Of a stretch of 64,000 nt of DNA, positions 1 through 13,714 are shown piece by piece. The DNA is from Chrysomallon squamiferum. Its lineage: Eukaryota; Animalia; Mollusca. The notes under the pieces are model-generated. The model was not told where the DNA came from and made no database searches. It worked only from the letters and a program-made list of their open reading frames with translations. The stretch lies in the NCBI GenBank assembly GCA_012295275.1, contig CM022675.1, positions 14,074,001-14,138,000 on the forward strand. Reading direction: 5' to 3'. The stretch's first letter is position 1. Each line of letters starts with the position of its first letter. Position numbers and translations under genes: made by a program.

Positions 1-183
1 GTATTGCTGCATGTAATCATTAGCAAAGACTGGACACAGGGAATAACATAAACACACACAAAAACACAGATAGATCACACAGTGACAGGTATTCTTTAAA
101 ATTCTCATCAATTTATGACATCACTGACAAACTTTGTGATAAAAACTGTTTTCACATGTCATCAGTGCACATTGTAAAACGGG

Positions 184-1425
184 TTAAGCATCTTTCTCTT
201 CCTTGTTCAGTGTTCGTGTTTGCTGTTTCTCAGTAATCAACATTTGGAGCATGTTCATAACCTGGTTATCTGCTCATTAGACAAGTTGTCCACTGTCTCA
301 TCTGATACTGAACTGAAATTGGAAAATAATAAGTAGAAACATCCTCACACACTGTAATTATACTGAATGGAAAGCAAAATAAATACGCACATGCACTGGC
401 ACACACCCAGTCTTAGAAATTCCCTCTCACAGTTTAAAATGCAATAAAACTAAATATGAACACACAGACAGACAGACAGAGTTTTATATTATTTTGACAA
501 GACTGATAGGAAACTAAAAAGAAAAAGGAAGATAAAAAGTTTGTGACTGGTTGACCAGGCACTGTGAACAAAACAGAGTCTTTTGTGAATACTTCAACAC
601 ATTATTAATGTAAAGAATACAGCAGTATGTGAAAACAATATAACTCTGGCAAGGTAGCAGAGACTATAGCTTTTTGAAACAGCAGTCATGCAAGTCTAAC
701 TGAAATAGGAATTTATGTTATTTTTTAAATTGAAAACTGTTTTAGGATTCAAACCAGCAGTTACATACTAAAGAAGTAACTTTGAACATTATATATATAA
801 GTAAAAAAGCAGTTTATCTAAGTAAATATAGTTCTCTCCCAAAAGGCTTTATTTTTGGACAATATCCAATGTTTTATAAATTTATTAAATTACCACATTT
901 TGCCACAACATACAGTGATTGCAGAACACACACAGACATGCACCCTAATGGAAGAAATCAACTTAATGTAAGCCTCAGTGCACTCAACAATATTTTTAAT
1001 ATTCCAGCAAAATTCTACAAAAATTAAAATTACCGTTCTGTTATTTTGCTGGTGAAATTATCAAGTTTCTGTCTTTCAAGGAGATAAATATGAGACAGAT
1101 AATGGTTTGTTGCTACTTTCTCAAACAGACTCAGTTTTTCATTATCTGCATCCTTTGTTCTCTGCAATAAATAACAGTTTAACACAGTTACTGGTTCATT
1201 GTTTTATGAACATATGAAAAAAAATATATATATCTCTAAATATCTGTTATATTTACAGTTAGAGGTGTTTCTTAGGAACAAAATAATCATCTGCCCAAGT
1301 CAAATCTCTTTATCAAAATACTTTTACTATTTAATTCACATTACCATAAGTAATGTTTTTTTTCTGTTATTTATAAATTATTATTATTATTATTATTATT
1401 ATTAAAATGTTTTATTTATTAAGAA

Positions 1426-1505
<80 letters not shown>

Positions 1506-4500
1506 AATGTTTTATTTATTAAGAAATTATTATTATTTATTATTATTATTTATTATTATTATTATTATTATTTCTTTTTATTTAATATTTATTTGTTTAT
1601 TTATGTTTTTGTTTATGATGGTATTGTTTGTCAGCAGGAACAAAATAAACAATTGTTTTAAAAGTATTAGAATTTACTCATTTTCTGCATCATAATTTAA
1701 TATCTGTATCTGTCAATAACTGTAACCTACTTGTTATATATGTGTAATAGCTGAAAACAAAACAATATCTCCGATGCAATGAAATAACATTTCGGCTGAT
1801 TAATAACATTTGAAATATATATCTTGAGTAGTAGTTGCAACAGACATCTTTTCAGTATTATTCTCCGTTTTGCTGATTCACAATACTTTTAATACTGACT
1901 ACAATTTTAAGTTATATTAAACAAAGTACTTACTAAGAGCATTTGGTTTCTCACATACGTTACATGCCTTGTGTAGCATCCATCTCATAATTTGGAACAA
2001 ATGGTTGAAAAAAATAAAAGGAGGAGTGAGAATGGGGCAGTTGTTGTAGTCATATATGAGAGCAATGCGATAAAATCGCCATATTTTCATTGACTTTTCT
2101 TGAACTGTCTGAAAAGTGTAACTGTAAACAAAACAAGAAAGCTCGTGAAGATTCACGGAGGCTGACATTTTCTTTTCTTCATCATAGCTTTGCTTAAGCA
2201 GCAATGTTAAAGTAAATTAATAAAGAAAGAAAGAAAATAATAAATAAGACAAAACCAGCATCTGAAAGATATTAGTCCTGAAGAAAATGTGGATTTTTGA
2301 TGATGTTAAAAACAGGAAAAATATACCTATTATTAGACTGTAATAATTTATTTATTGTACTATAATGTTAACATTTGAAGTTCAAACAATAGTAGCAAAA
2401 TGTATTCATACCACCATTCAAGTTGTAAGGTATAACAAAAATAAAAATAAGAAGAAGCCAATTGTTTAACAAATATCTGCCATATTTTTACTAAGTCTCA
2501 ACAATAACAGCAGAGTGTGACTTTAAAATCTTTGACAAACCTGAACATGGCAATAACAAGGTTGACAAGGAGAATGTTTGTCAGCAGCAGGTACACACGA
2601 CAACAACAGAATATTGAAACCATCGGCTTCTGGACATCGCAGTTCAGGAGCATCCTTCAAAATAGTCTGGTTACGTGTACAGCCTGGTATTTCTTCACCT
2701 GAATCATAAATAAATAAAAAGGTATAAATGAGTAAGTAAATAAAATATAGAAAAGAAAGTAAGTTAATAAAATATAGAAATGAAAGTAAGTTAATAAAAT
2801 ATAGAAGTAGAAGTGAGCAAGTAAATAAAATATAGAAAAGAAAGTAAGTAAATAAAATATAGAAATGAAAGTAAGTTAATAAAATATAGAAGTGGAAGTA
2901 AATAAATAAAATATAAAAGCAGGTGCCATGATAATACATTTTATATTTGTTAGATCAGGATTCTAACTAGACAGTTTTCTCTAATGAATCTTGGAAAAAT
3001 AAAATAAATACCTTCCAGTCTTTCTAGAAAAATTTCACCATACAGCTGTAAGTATGGCACCAGTACCGTGTTTCTGAAAGTGTTCCATGTCCGATGTGAG
3101 TTTGGAAACATGTTGACATTGTAGGCGATGCCAAAACTGACCACAAACACAAAGAAGATATATAAGAAATATTTCAGATCATTCAGCTGAAAAATAAGTT
3201 AATAGAAGATTATTAAATAACATCTGCATAGGTATGTATTCATAAATAAAACAACAATAACAACAACAACAACTACAACTACAACAACAACAACAACAAC
3301 AATAATAATAATCACAATCACAATAATCACAATGATAATATTATTAAAATAGTACCAAATGAATTTAATAAAAATACATCACAGCAAAAATAATAATAAT
3401 AAAATAAAAAAATAAAAAAATAAAATAAAATAAAATAAAATAAAAAAAAAAAATAAAAAAAAGATATCCAGCTAAAATTAAATTCCAGATGAACTGTATG
3501 AAATTAATCTCTACATTACCATTTTATATATCATGATCACTTTAGGCCCAATGTGTTTTGATGCGAGAAGGAACTGCATGGATCTGAGATAGAACATGAT
3601 CAGTGTCACACTGTAGGCTCTACGAGCCCATTTAAAGTCTGAGCCAGTTAGACTCCAACGTACAATGACAGACAAAATCAACAGGGTGTACATGCATATG
3701 TCAAACTTGTTCCAGATGTCAAAAACCAGTGCAGAAGCTTGTATCTAAAGGAGTACTCACTGCGGATAATAATCTAGAAAAAGAGATTATGGAAAAAGTG
3801 TAGAAAAGATTATAATTGTCTTGAATTTGAAGAGAGTTAATCATGCAGAAAAATACAGAAACAAAAAAAAGAGTTAAAAATGTCATATTTTATGGAATGT
3901 TTATTACATACAAAAATATAGAAAACAACAAAATATCTGTATTTGAAGGAGTTCTCATTAAGGATAAACATATAGGGAAAAAAAGTGAAACAACTCACTG
4001 CAGACAAAAAATAAAATGTCTTGTATTTCATATATTATACATAAAAAGCTAGAAAACTTTGAATTGTATGACATTTAGAAAGATGAAACTTTGTTTGTAA
4101 AATATATAAACAAAGAACAAAAAAACAAAAAACAAAAAACCCACAACCATTTAAGTTCTTTGTTTTCAACAGTTTAATAGTAAATCTATGGAAGAAACAA
4201 AACAATCACATGATTTAGTTTATTGCATGACCTTAAGAGGTATTCATTAAGATCAAATTAATCTAAGGTAAATGACTGCACACCTGTCTAATTTCTTCAA
4301 TCATCATGGTGGCAACCCAGATCCATGCAGCGAACTCACACATGCATGGAAAGTGTGACTCTTCCACAGCTTGGAGATCAATCAATACAAAATAGCTGAA
4401 ATCGATTAGGAACAAAAAGTAGTTCACCTGAAAAATATAACAGTAAATTATTTTTGTTTGTCTGCACTGATTTCAAAAACATTAGAGAAAGAGAGATGGA

Positions 4501-7500
4501 TACATATAAAATAAAATACTGATATTGAGAGAAAAAACAATGAAATAAATATTGGAGTTTATTACCAATACATTTAGGAGGATTATAACTATTTATAAAA
4601 GTAAAACAGCTTCTCTAACATTTAGAGAATTTTGAATGAATGTACCACCATTCATAATACCTACGAGATACATGTAAAACTTAGTGATTGGCGCGAACAA
4701 GAATAATATCCCAGCAGATGGAAAGCAGATTTTACTTGAATCACAACCACACAAAGCCACTTTCAACTCATTTGGATTTGGATTCTTTTGAGAGTCAGAT
4801 GTGTCAAACTTGTTATTATCTGCTGTTGATCTCTCCGTCCCTCTCTTGATAGATTCTTTTTTGGAAGTGAATTTGACCGTAAGTAGGATTAAGGGTATGA
4901 GCATGCAAAAGAAGATCTGTAACAATGAAAACAGATTTTTTTAAAAACTGTGATATAATGCCATCATTACAAAAAGAAAGATCAAACTAAATAACTACTT
5001 GTAAAGTGGGGAAGAAAGATAATAATTTAGAAATGGCAAAAAATGAAAAGAAAAAAGGTATTGATTTGAATCAAGATACGTATATTTTTATAAAAATATT
5101 ATAATTATATGGTCAAATTAAATTATGTGCAGACAAATTTGGTCATTATTTGCGCAAGAAGGTTCATATCACATAGTGAATTATGATTTCTAAAGATGTA
5201 AGATATTTGATAAGTGTACCTTTAGTTCAGAAGTATATGGCACCATCCGACCTTTCCAGACGCTGTTGAGTTTTGTTTGACATGATGTGTGATCCATGAA
5301 GTCCATCATTTTGTAGGTATTAGCAATACTGAACACAGTCATCTTTCCCCATGACGGAAGTTGTCGAATTAATAACTCATGTGACATTTCCTTGTCTCTA
5401 TGGTAACACTCTGACAACAGTTCTGTGCTACGTCTTTCAAACAATCTGGTAAAAAAAAAACATAACATCACTTATCTATTGTCCTTTTTTCTTTTGTATT
5501 AGATATATAGTATTTCATATTTTAACTTTTTGTATTCCATGCCCTAGTTTTCCAGTACAACCAAGTATAACTACTCCTGGTTCTGGTTTTGTGGTAAAGA
5601 TGACATTGCCCAGAGATGTCTGTTATTATGAAGTAGGCATTCCATTAACATGCAACCTATATTAAAAAATGTTTAGGTGTTTCTTTGGTACAGTTTGCTG
5701 CCCGTGATTTTCTTTTTCATCTTCAAATACAAGATTAGGACACAATCTTGTACTATTTACAGATAATCCATTATAAATAATAAAGTAGTTATCTTTCTAT
5801 CTATGCTTGGTATCTACAGTACTTAGTTTCATGGCCTAACTATTGTTATATTTTGGAATTTGTGAGTTTTTTTTTAAGCCTCCTGTGACCTGGTCAACAT
5901 TTGTCTGAACTTTACTGAATGCAATGAATGCAAACGATTTCTCACAGTTGATCAAGCTGTGTGGATAACAGAAATACATTAAAATATGTCTTTCAGTTGA
6001 CTATTAATTAGAAAATGCTAACTCACTAAGTATATGGGTAAGAGAGATTTATTTACAAACTTCTTTCAATGGAACATTAATTAAAAACTTCAAACATATT
6101 AGTGAAATGATTGCTTACTCTGCATGGCTTGCCAGATTTCTACTAAGTTCCAACTCCAATAAAAGTTCAGCCTTTTTCAGACAGAGATTTCAGCAGGGCA
6201 GAGGCAAACAGCCCAGCCCCTGAAACAACACAAGATTATAATTAACACAGAAGTGTATAGAATAGAAATTGAATAGAACTAATAAAGTGAGAGGAGAGAA
6301 GATTTCATCCATGGATCTGTCACTTCTTAGGTGACTGTTATTGTACTAAGATACAATAAATAATACATATATATATATATATATATATACAACAAAATAA
6401 AATAACACCTCCCACAACCCCACCCTAAAAGCAAAAAAGCAACAGAAAAACAAACCACAAAGAACAGCAATAACATCATCAACCACAACAATAACAAGCA
6501 CAGATTGTTAGTTAATTTTCTTTAAAAAATCCTAATCAGAGAAGTTTAATATCAAATCAATTGATTTTTATTTCATATTATTATATAAATGATATATTTT
6601 TCACATATAACATTATGATAATATTTTAGGTTTCTGTCACCTAGTTGGTCTTTACCACGCTGCCAGAACAATGCAGCCATTTCTTTGTGGTTGAAGAAAA
6701 CAGCCCAAATAAATAAATGTTGTTCTGGGTTTTCAAAATCACACATCTCTTTCTCTTCTTTCTTCTTTCTTTGACTGGATATACTTCCATCTGCAAATAA
6801 AATTTTAAAGTCCATTCAGAGAATAAGCTATTTTGGTTGCTCAAAAGGTTTTATGATTTCAGATATTTTCAGTTCTTGGAATTGATGGTTCAGGGATGCT
6901 CATCCTGTAAAAACAACAACAGTTGTTTGGATAATATGATTTAGGATTAGAATTTTCAATATTATAGCTGGAACTGACATCCAGATTCATAAAATGTTAC
7001 TGTGTCAGTCCATTTCTATTAATAAAGTGATTGTAATGTGAAGCTAAGAACTTGTCAGAGTATAATATACATTTTTAGTTTTTCTTTTTTATATTTAAGT
7101 TTCTATATATTAATCAGGGTTTTATATTTACACTAAAATTCCATTAATTGCTTTTAAATAATGATATACGTAAAAATAAAAAATAATACTGTTATTTCAG
7201 CAAAAGAAATTTAAAAATTCACTCTGCAAATTAATTAGAAAAATAGAACAAATGCAAAATTATCATCCTTTCACGATTTATTTTTTTTAAAAGTAAAAGA
7301 AATATAAACCACATCATTCTGTGTGTGGCAAATTATCTAAATGTATGAGGCCTATTTTGATCTTACATTCACAATACTTAAATACTACATTTGAGAAAAG
7401 TTTTCATTTCAGATCACAGAGGTTTATGTCAAACAACAGATATGGATAATATAAACAACATACTGCTTCACGATGACATTTCAAAACCAATGTGTGTGTG

Positions 7501-10500
7501 TTTTATGGATGTGCATGTGTTATGTATTTAAATGTGTGTTACTGTTTCTGTACTTCTGTGTGTATGTATTGTGTATATAAGTAAGAATTATTCATTTATG
7601 TATTTAAATGTGTGCAGCTGCTATAGATATATGTGTTATTTATCTAAATGTGTGCATTAGTTAGGTGCATGATAATGCATGAACATGTAAATGTGTATAT
7701 TTATGAAGTATTGTGATAGTGCTTAGTTTTAATAATGACACATTTCACACTGAAAGTAAAAGCTGCAATTTTTTGTAAATTCAAGACTGTATTTTCATGT
7801 TTTTATGGTAATGTTTTTTAGGCATAATATAGTTTAAATGATTATATATTTCATATCATGCAAGCCTATGATAACATCTGAAAACACTCATTCTCCATCC
7901 ATCAAATAAAATGTTTTTTTAATAAATAGCATCAAATAGAAAATAACAACAACAATAAATACAAAATAAGAAAAAGAAATTGAATAAAAATAAAATAATG
8001 ATAATAATATTTCATATACAAAAAGAATAAAAATTAATAATAGTAACAATAAATAACTGATAAACAAATATGCTATGAAATTGTGTTAGCAGTGTACAAA
8101 AAATAATTTTTATAAAATTATATAATTTTCTTTTCTAATACTACAATTAATGAAATTTTATTTCTGTTTTTATCTACTAAAAGCAGAACATGGTACATAA
8201 GAAAATTCTTTAACATTAATTACTATAGAATAATAGCAAAGAAGTGACATGAAAATGTGCAACATAAAATATGTTTATTTTTACTTGTGCTTTCCTTTGA
8301 TTTTAAAAGCAGTATGAGAGATAATTTCTTTTTAAATTCTGCTCAAAGAACTGGTTGACAATTTTATGCTGGTAAATATTAGTTTGAAGCAACTTATGAA
8401 ATACAGAAAAAATATATATAAGTCTACAAAAATAATTAAAATGTTCATAGAAACATAATACAAACATAGACAGACAAACATAGACAGACATACATAGTCA
8501 TACATACATACAAATGCATGTCTTCAAAGTTATACTTCTACTGATGACAAACCTTTTCTAACAATAAATTACTATAATAATACAAATAAACACATGAAAT
8601 AATGTTAGTTTCCTTATTTTAAAATAATAATAATAATAACAATAACTTAATTCAAATGTTTGGTTTACCGTTGTCATAGTTGAATCAAATCTGCTGTCAG
8701 TTGATAAGTCATCTATTACATTTCTAACTTTGACATCACAAATACAAGAAGAAAGGACTAAATGAAACCTTAATGGTACTTTGCAATCTTCTTGTTTTGT
8801 CACATTTTTTTTTATTAATAAAAGTTAATTTCAAGGAATACATACATACATAAGTACAAATATTGGAAGTATATAAAATGTATTTAAATTATTTGTTTTA
8901 CTTCCATAAATTTAGTAAAAAAAAAATTAAAATTTTTTTATTTAAGACACTGCAAACCTAAATTTATAGTTCTGAAGAACAAGTACGTTAAAAATTAACA
9001 GGAAAAAAATTTGATACTAACCATGCAATGGTTCCTGTTCAGATTCCTTTTTTTCACTTGAAACTTTTTGCAAAATTATTTCATTGAGTTTTATAAGACA
9101 TAAGCAAATAACAAAAGTAGTTTATAAATTAAATCAACAATTAAAATGTATAAAAATAAAAATTAAATTAAAAAAATGTCCTCGTAAATGAACTTTTTGT
9201 TTCTTGTTTATTTAGTACTTTCTGTTAATTTGGATTACATTATAATAATAGACAACTTAAAGATAATGGTGCCATTTACCACAGACAAAAGCCATTTCTG
9301 AAAAGTCTGAAAATAATTTTGACTGCTATAACAAAACATGAACTATGATGAAGCATAATTAACAACTGCATGGCATTTAGATTTATTTATATATTTTATT
9401 TCTTCAAAAACATAGAAATAGCTTGAATAGTAAAGTCTATGCATACCTGAGTAGAAACTGAATGGCTGATGTCTAAGCAGGATTACAATGTGTTCATTGA
9501 TATTTTTCAACAAATCGGGGAAGCTATTGCTGATTTTTGTTGTATATAAATGAAAGATGTCCTGCAGAATAAAACAGAATATGACATAATAATTATGTTA
9601 GTGAAACAAAATCAAAGTGAAAAAAAAAAAAAAAAATGTTTTATTATTATTATTTGTTTTTGAATGATATATAAATATAACAATTCAAGGACATATAATA
9701 CACAAAATAAATGCAACAAATAACAGTATATATACAGTTGTTTTATATATACTAACAACAAAAAGGTGTTTAGAAAAGTTTGTTAAGATCATATTATACT
9801 TTTCTATATTCTCTGTGTAAAATATTGTGCTAAGGTGGAGTCTGATGATAAACCAGCTATAAAGTGCTGTGGTTAGTCAGTATCATACTGTTAGATAATC
9901 AGAATACTCACTCTGATGTTGAAAATCAGTTGACTCAAAACTTCTGCTTGGGTACCAGTTTTGTTTTCATAAAGCTGAACAATTTAAATAATCAAATAAG
10001 AACAAATTCCAAATAAATTAAATTCTGTGAGATGTTAATTGTTTTTTGTTTACTTTTTTCTTTTCTTTTTTTTTGACAAATGGAAAGTAATTTTAAAATA
10101 TGAGAAGAATGAAAATAATAAAAGGAAAATCGTTTAAATAAATATAACAATTTTTAAAAATATAGAAACAATAGTAAAACAATAATAACAATAATAATTT
10201 AATGATTCAAATTTCGTAAAGTTTTAAAAATAATAATAATAGTAGATTATTTTATCTTACTTCGAAATAGAGACTATGAAGGGTTTCAATGGTTAAAAAC
10301 TTCCTTAAGTTAACACCACAGTCAATAAAAAGATTTACAAAGTCTGCTCTGTCTTTATTAAGAGCTATCTTCATTGCATCATTTAAAACATTTTCCTGAA
10401 TTAAAATAAATAAATAAATAAATAAATAAATAACAATAATAATAATAATAATATAAAATAATTAGGATGTACATAAATTTGAAAATAAAATTAATTAATT

Positions 10501-12126
10501 TTACTACATCTAAACAAGGAATGACACATTTTTCATCAGTAAAATAGACTATAATGTTATGTTGAAAAATTTAACAACATATTATCATTGTTAATATTGT
10601 TACCACATAAGAATAATAACACTTTTTAAGGTTGAAAAAGAACAAACTACCAAATTATGGGTTTCATTTATCTAGAGATAGGCTTGAAAATCATCAAGTT
10701 GAACTCCAGAATGCACTCAATGTTTCATGGTGCACCACTTTCATTACATGTTTAACACCAATATTGTTTAGTAATGTCTACACTACAAACAGAAACTACT
10801 GAACTTACCTCCCAGTTTTTGCAATTTTCTTTGTTGAATATTTCCTTCCTGGCAATGTCACAGCAATTCCATGCGATGGCCAGTTTTAGCTGAGTATTGA
10901 CATCTAATCTCTTGGCTGAAAATAATGTAAATATTTTATAAAGAGAAATAACTGAATAAAATTAAGTTTTTAAACATGGATATTGTTACTATGGAACAGA
11001 CCAGAATTTTTTTTCCACCCAGAGAGAAAAAGGCTCATAGTGTTTTCTTGATAGGGCTATGTATGCAGATAATAAAATGAGAGGATAACCTTTTGTTTTG
11101 AATAGCTCTCATTTTCATCCTGAAAACTGTGTAATATGTGGAGAAAATTATGAAATAACCTTTCATAAAATTGCCCTATAATAAATTTCCAGCACTCATG
11201 TTGAGTGTTTTGTATCAAAGCCACATCATAATCAGCATATAATCATCAAAGGTTGACCACCATAGCTCAAAATATCACAATTTTTGGATCAAGCTAAAAC
11301 ATATTCAGTTTTCAGTTTTCAGTTTTTCCTCTTTGTCTTTTTGGGGATATTTGCCAAAATGAGAAATTATGTTTCAAGTTAATTCTAATCATTTAAAGGC
11401 ACCCATGTTCAGCCATTGTTAAAACTACTGAAACTGAAACAAACAAAAACAGAGTTGAGTTTTCCTGGGAATTGATGATATACCAAATTTATCATAACAT
11501 TAACCAACACTATATTAGAACAAATAAACACTCAAAATGTTTATTAAGAAATGTTCTTAGTATTAGATATGTTTTAGGAAAATTATTATTGGCAAGTACA
11601 AAAAGTAGGTCATCTGTTTTCAATAAATTGGTGGTACCAACCTAAACTCATCTTAAGAAAAATTTCAGGATGAAAATAATAGAAAGCTGTTTGAAATGAA
11701 ATGATATCACCTCAATTTATTACCTACATATATAAACCTAACTACAAAATGCTATGATCCGTTGTCTGTCTGGATGGTACCAATTCATGAAAACATGTTA
11801 CATGGAATAATGTGGAAAAATGTTATTCACTCAAATGCGCATACTAAAGAAAATCATGACTATATTTTATAATGCTGTCATCAATCTATGACTTCTAATT
11901 AGCCTAATCAGTGAATATAAGGACTTGATAAGTGACTGTACTTTTCTCTCAGTGGAAACGTAAAAGTTGTCCACTGTTCCTAGTCAGGAAAGTATTGTTT
12001 TTGAAACATATGTCTTGTGATAATGTTACAAATGTAATTGAAAGTAAGCCAACTCAAGGACTTGCCACTCAAGCCAATGTTCTGCAGTAAAGCTCAGTGA
12101 ACTGTAACTTTTTCTATTGTGGCTAA

Positions 12127-12164
<38 letters not shown>

Positions 12165-13145
12165 TAGATAGATAGATAGATATATGTAGATACATATCAA
12201 TGTTTATAAATTATTAGTATTATTATTATTATTATTAGATTTTTCAAACCACAATGAAAATTACAAATAACCTTTAATCAAGGCACTGAAAATTGCTTGG
12301 TTCAAATCCTTATTGGGATCTGCTGTCTCAAGATTAAAAATTGTAATCTGAAACAAACAAACATTATTATTTGAAAATTAGTTTTTGTGGAGATATGTAA
12401 ATAATACAATTATTCAAACATTTTGTGTCTATAATTTAGCTTATACGGGGATTTTTGTTTTGTTTTGTTTTTTGAGAGGGGAGTGTTAGAACACAGGACA
12501 AGTAGAAAATGTTTTCATGGAACTGCTTTTCTTTACTTTTTTTATGTTTATAGTGGAATATGTTTCATCCATTCATCACAATAGTTTTATTCTTTTTTCT
12601 TTTCTGACAACCTTGTTACATGAGAAAAGGTTTATGAAAAATATTACTGTAGAATGTATTTACCAGATTTCTACACTGTAAAGTTGCTTTCAGATCATTG
12701 AAACATTCTTTTATTATTTCCTCTCTCTCCTCTTTGCTGTTTCCATCCCACACAAACATACTTCTGGCATTGTCTTTCATTATTTTGTCAAAATCTCCCG
12801 GAAAATCAGATTTTCCAGGACTTTAAAAAGAATAACATTTAGTAATAATAATATACAGTTGAATTTAAATTGTCCTTAATCTTCTTCAGCATTTTATTAT
12901 GTAATATACATTAACAAAATAATAAACAAATAAATAAATATTAAAACAAAAAATTGCCTTGACTAAAAATTGCATTGTTATAATCTTTCTTTACTAATCA
13001 GGCTACCTGAGTTTCAGTGTTGTCTTCTTTAAGTTTTTCCAGGAACAGAAAGTGCTAAATAAACATTATTTCTAATAGTGTGCTAAGGCAAACAACATAT
13101 CCCCAGTTTCCTACTACAGCAAGCAACCAAACTAACAAAAACAGA

Positions 13146-13187
<42 letters not shown>

Positions 13188-13672
13188 CATAATCATAATA
13201 ATAATAATAATAATTAATAATTATAATAACAGCAACAACAAATACAGGAGGACAAGGTGAAAATAAAATAATAGTAGTAATAATAACAACAATAACAGCA
13301 ATAAGAGCAATAACAACAACAAAAGATATCAGAAATAAAGTATAGAAACTCACTTGTTTTTACAAAGTTTTCTAAGTTTATAACCAAGAGAGATAAAGTC
13401 TGATAATAACGATAATAATAAGAGAAAATTAAGAATTACTGTAACAACAACTGTCATAAAAAGCAAATATGGAAGCTCACTCTTTATCACTAGGTTTTGT
13501 AAGTTTATATCCAAAAGAAATAAAGTCTGCTGCTTTCCCTGTTCCCTCTATGACAACAACAGGTATATCTTGTTGGACAGATTTGCGGATGGTTACCATG
13601 GTATTTTCTCCACCTTCCACCACCAAAATCACTAGGGGAACATGGACTTCTGGAGGAATAATATAATAAAGT

Positions 13673-13714
<42 letters not shown>

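Noticed and set aside
2523-2939. 138-aa hydrophobic ORF
   Set aside because: Intronic minisatellite read into the frameshifted TRPM S6 exon.
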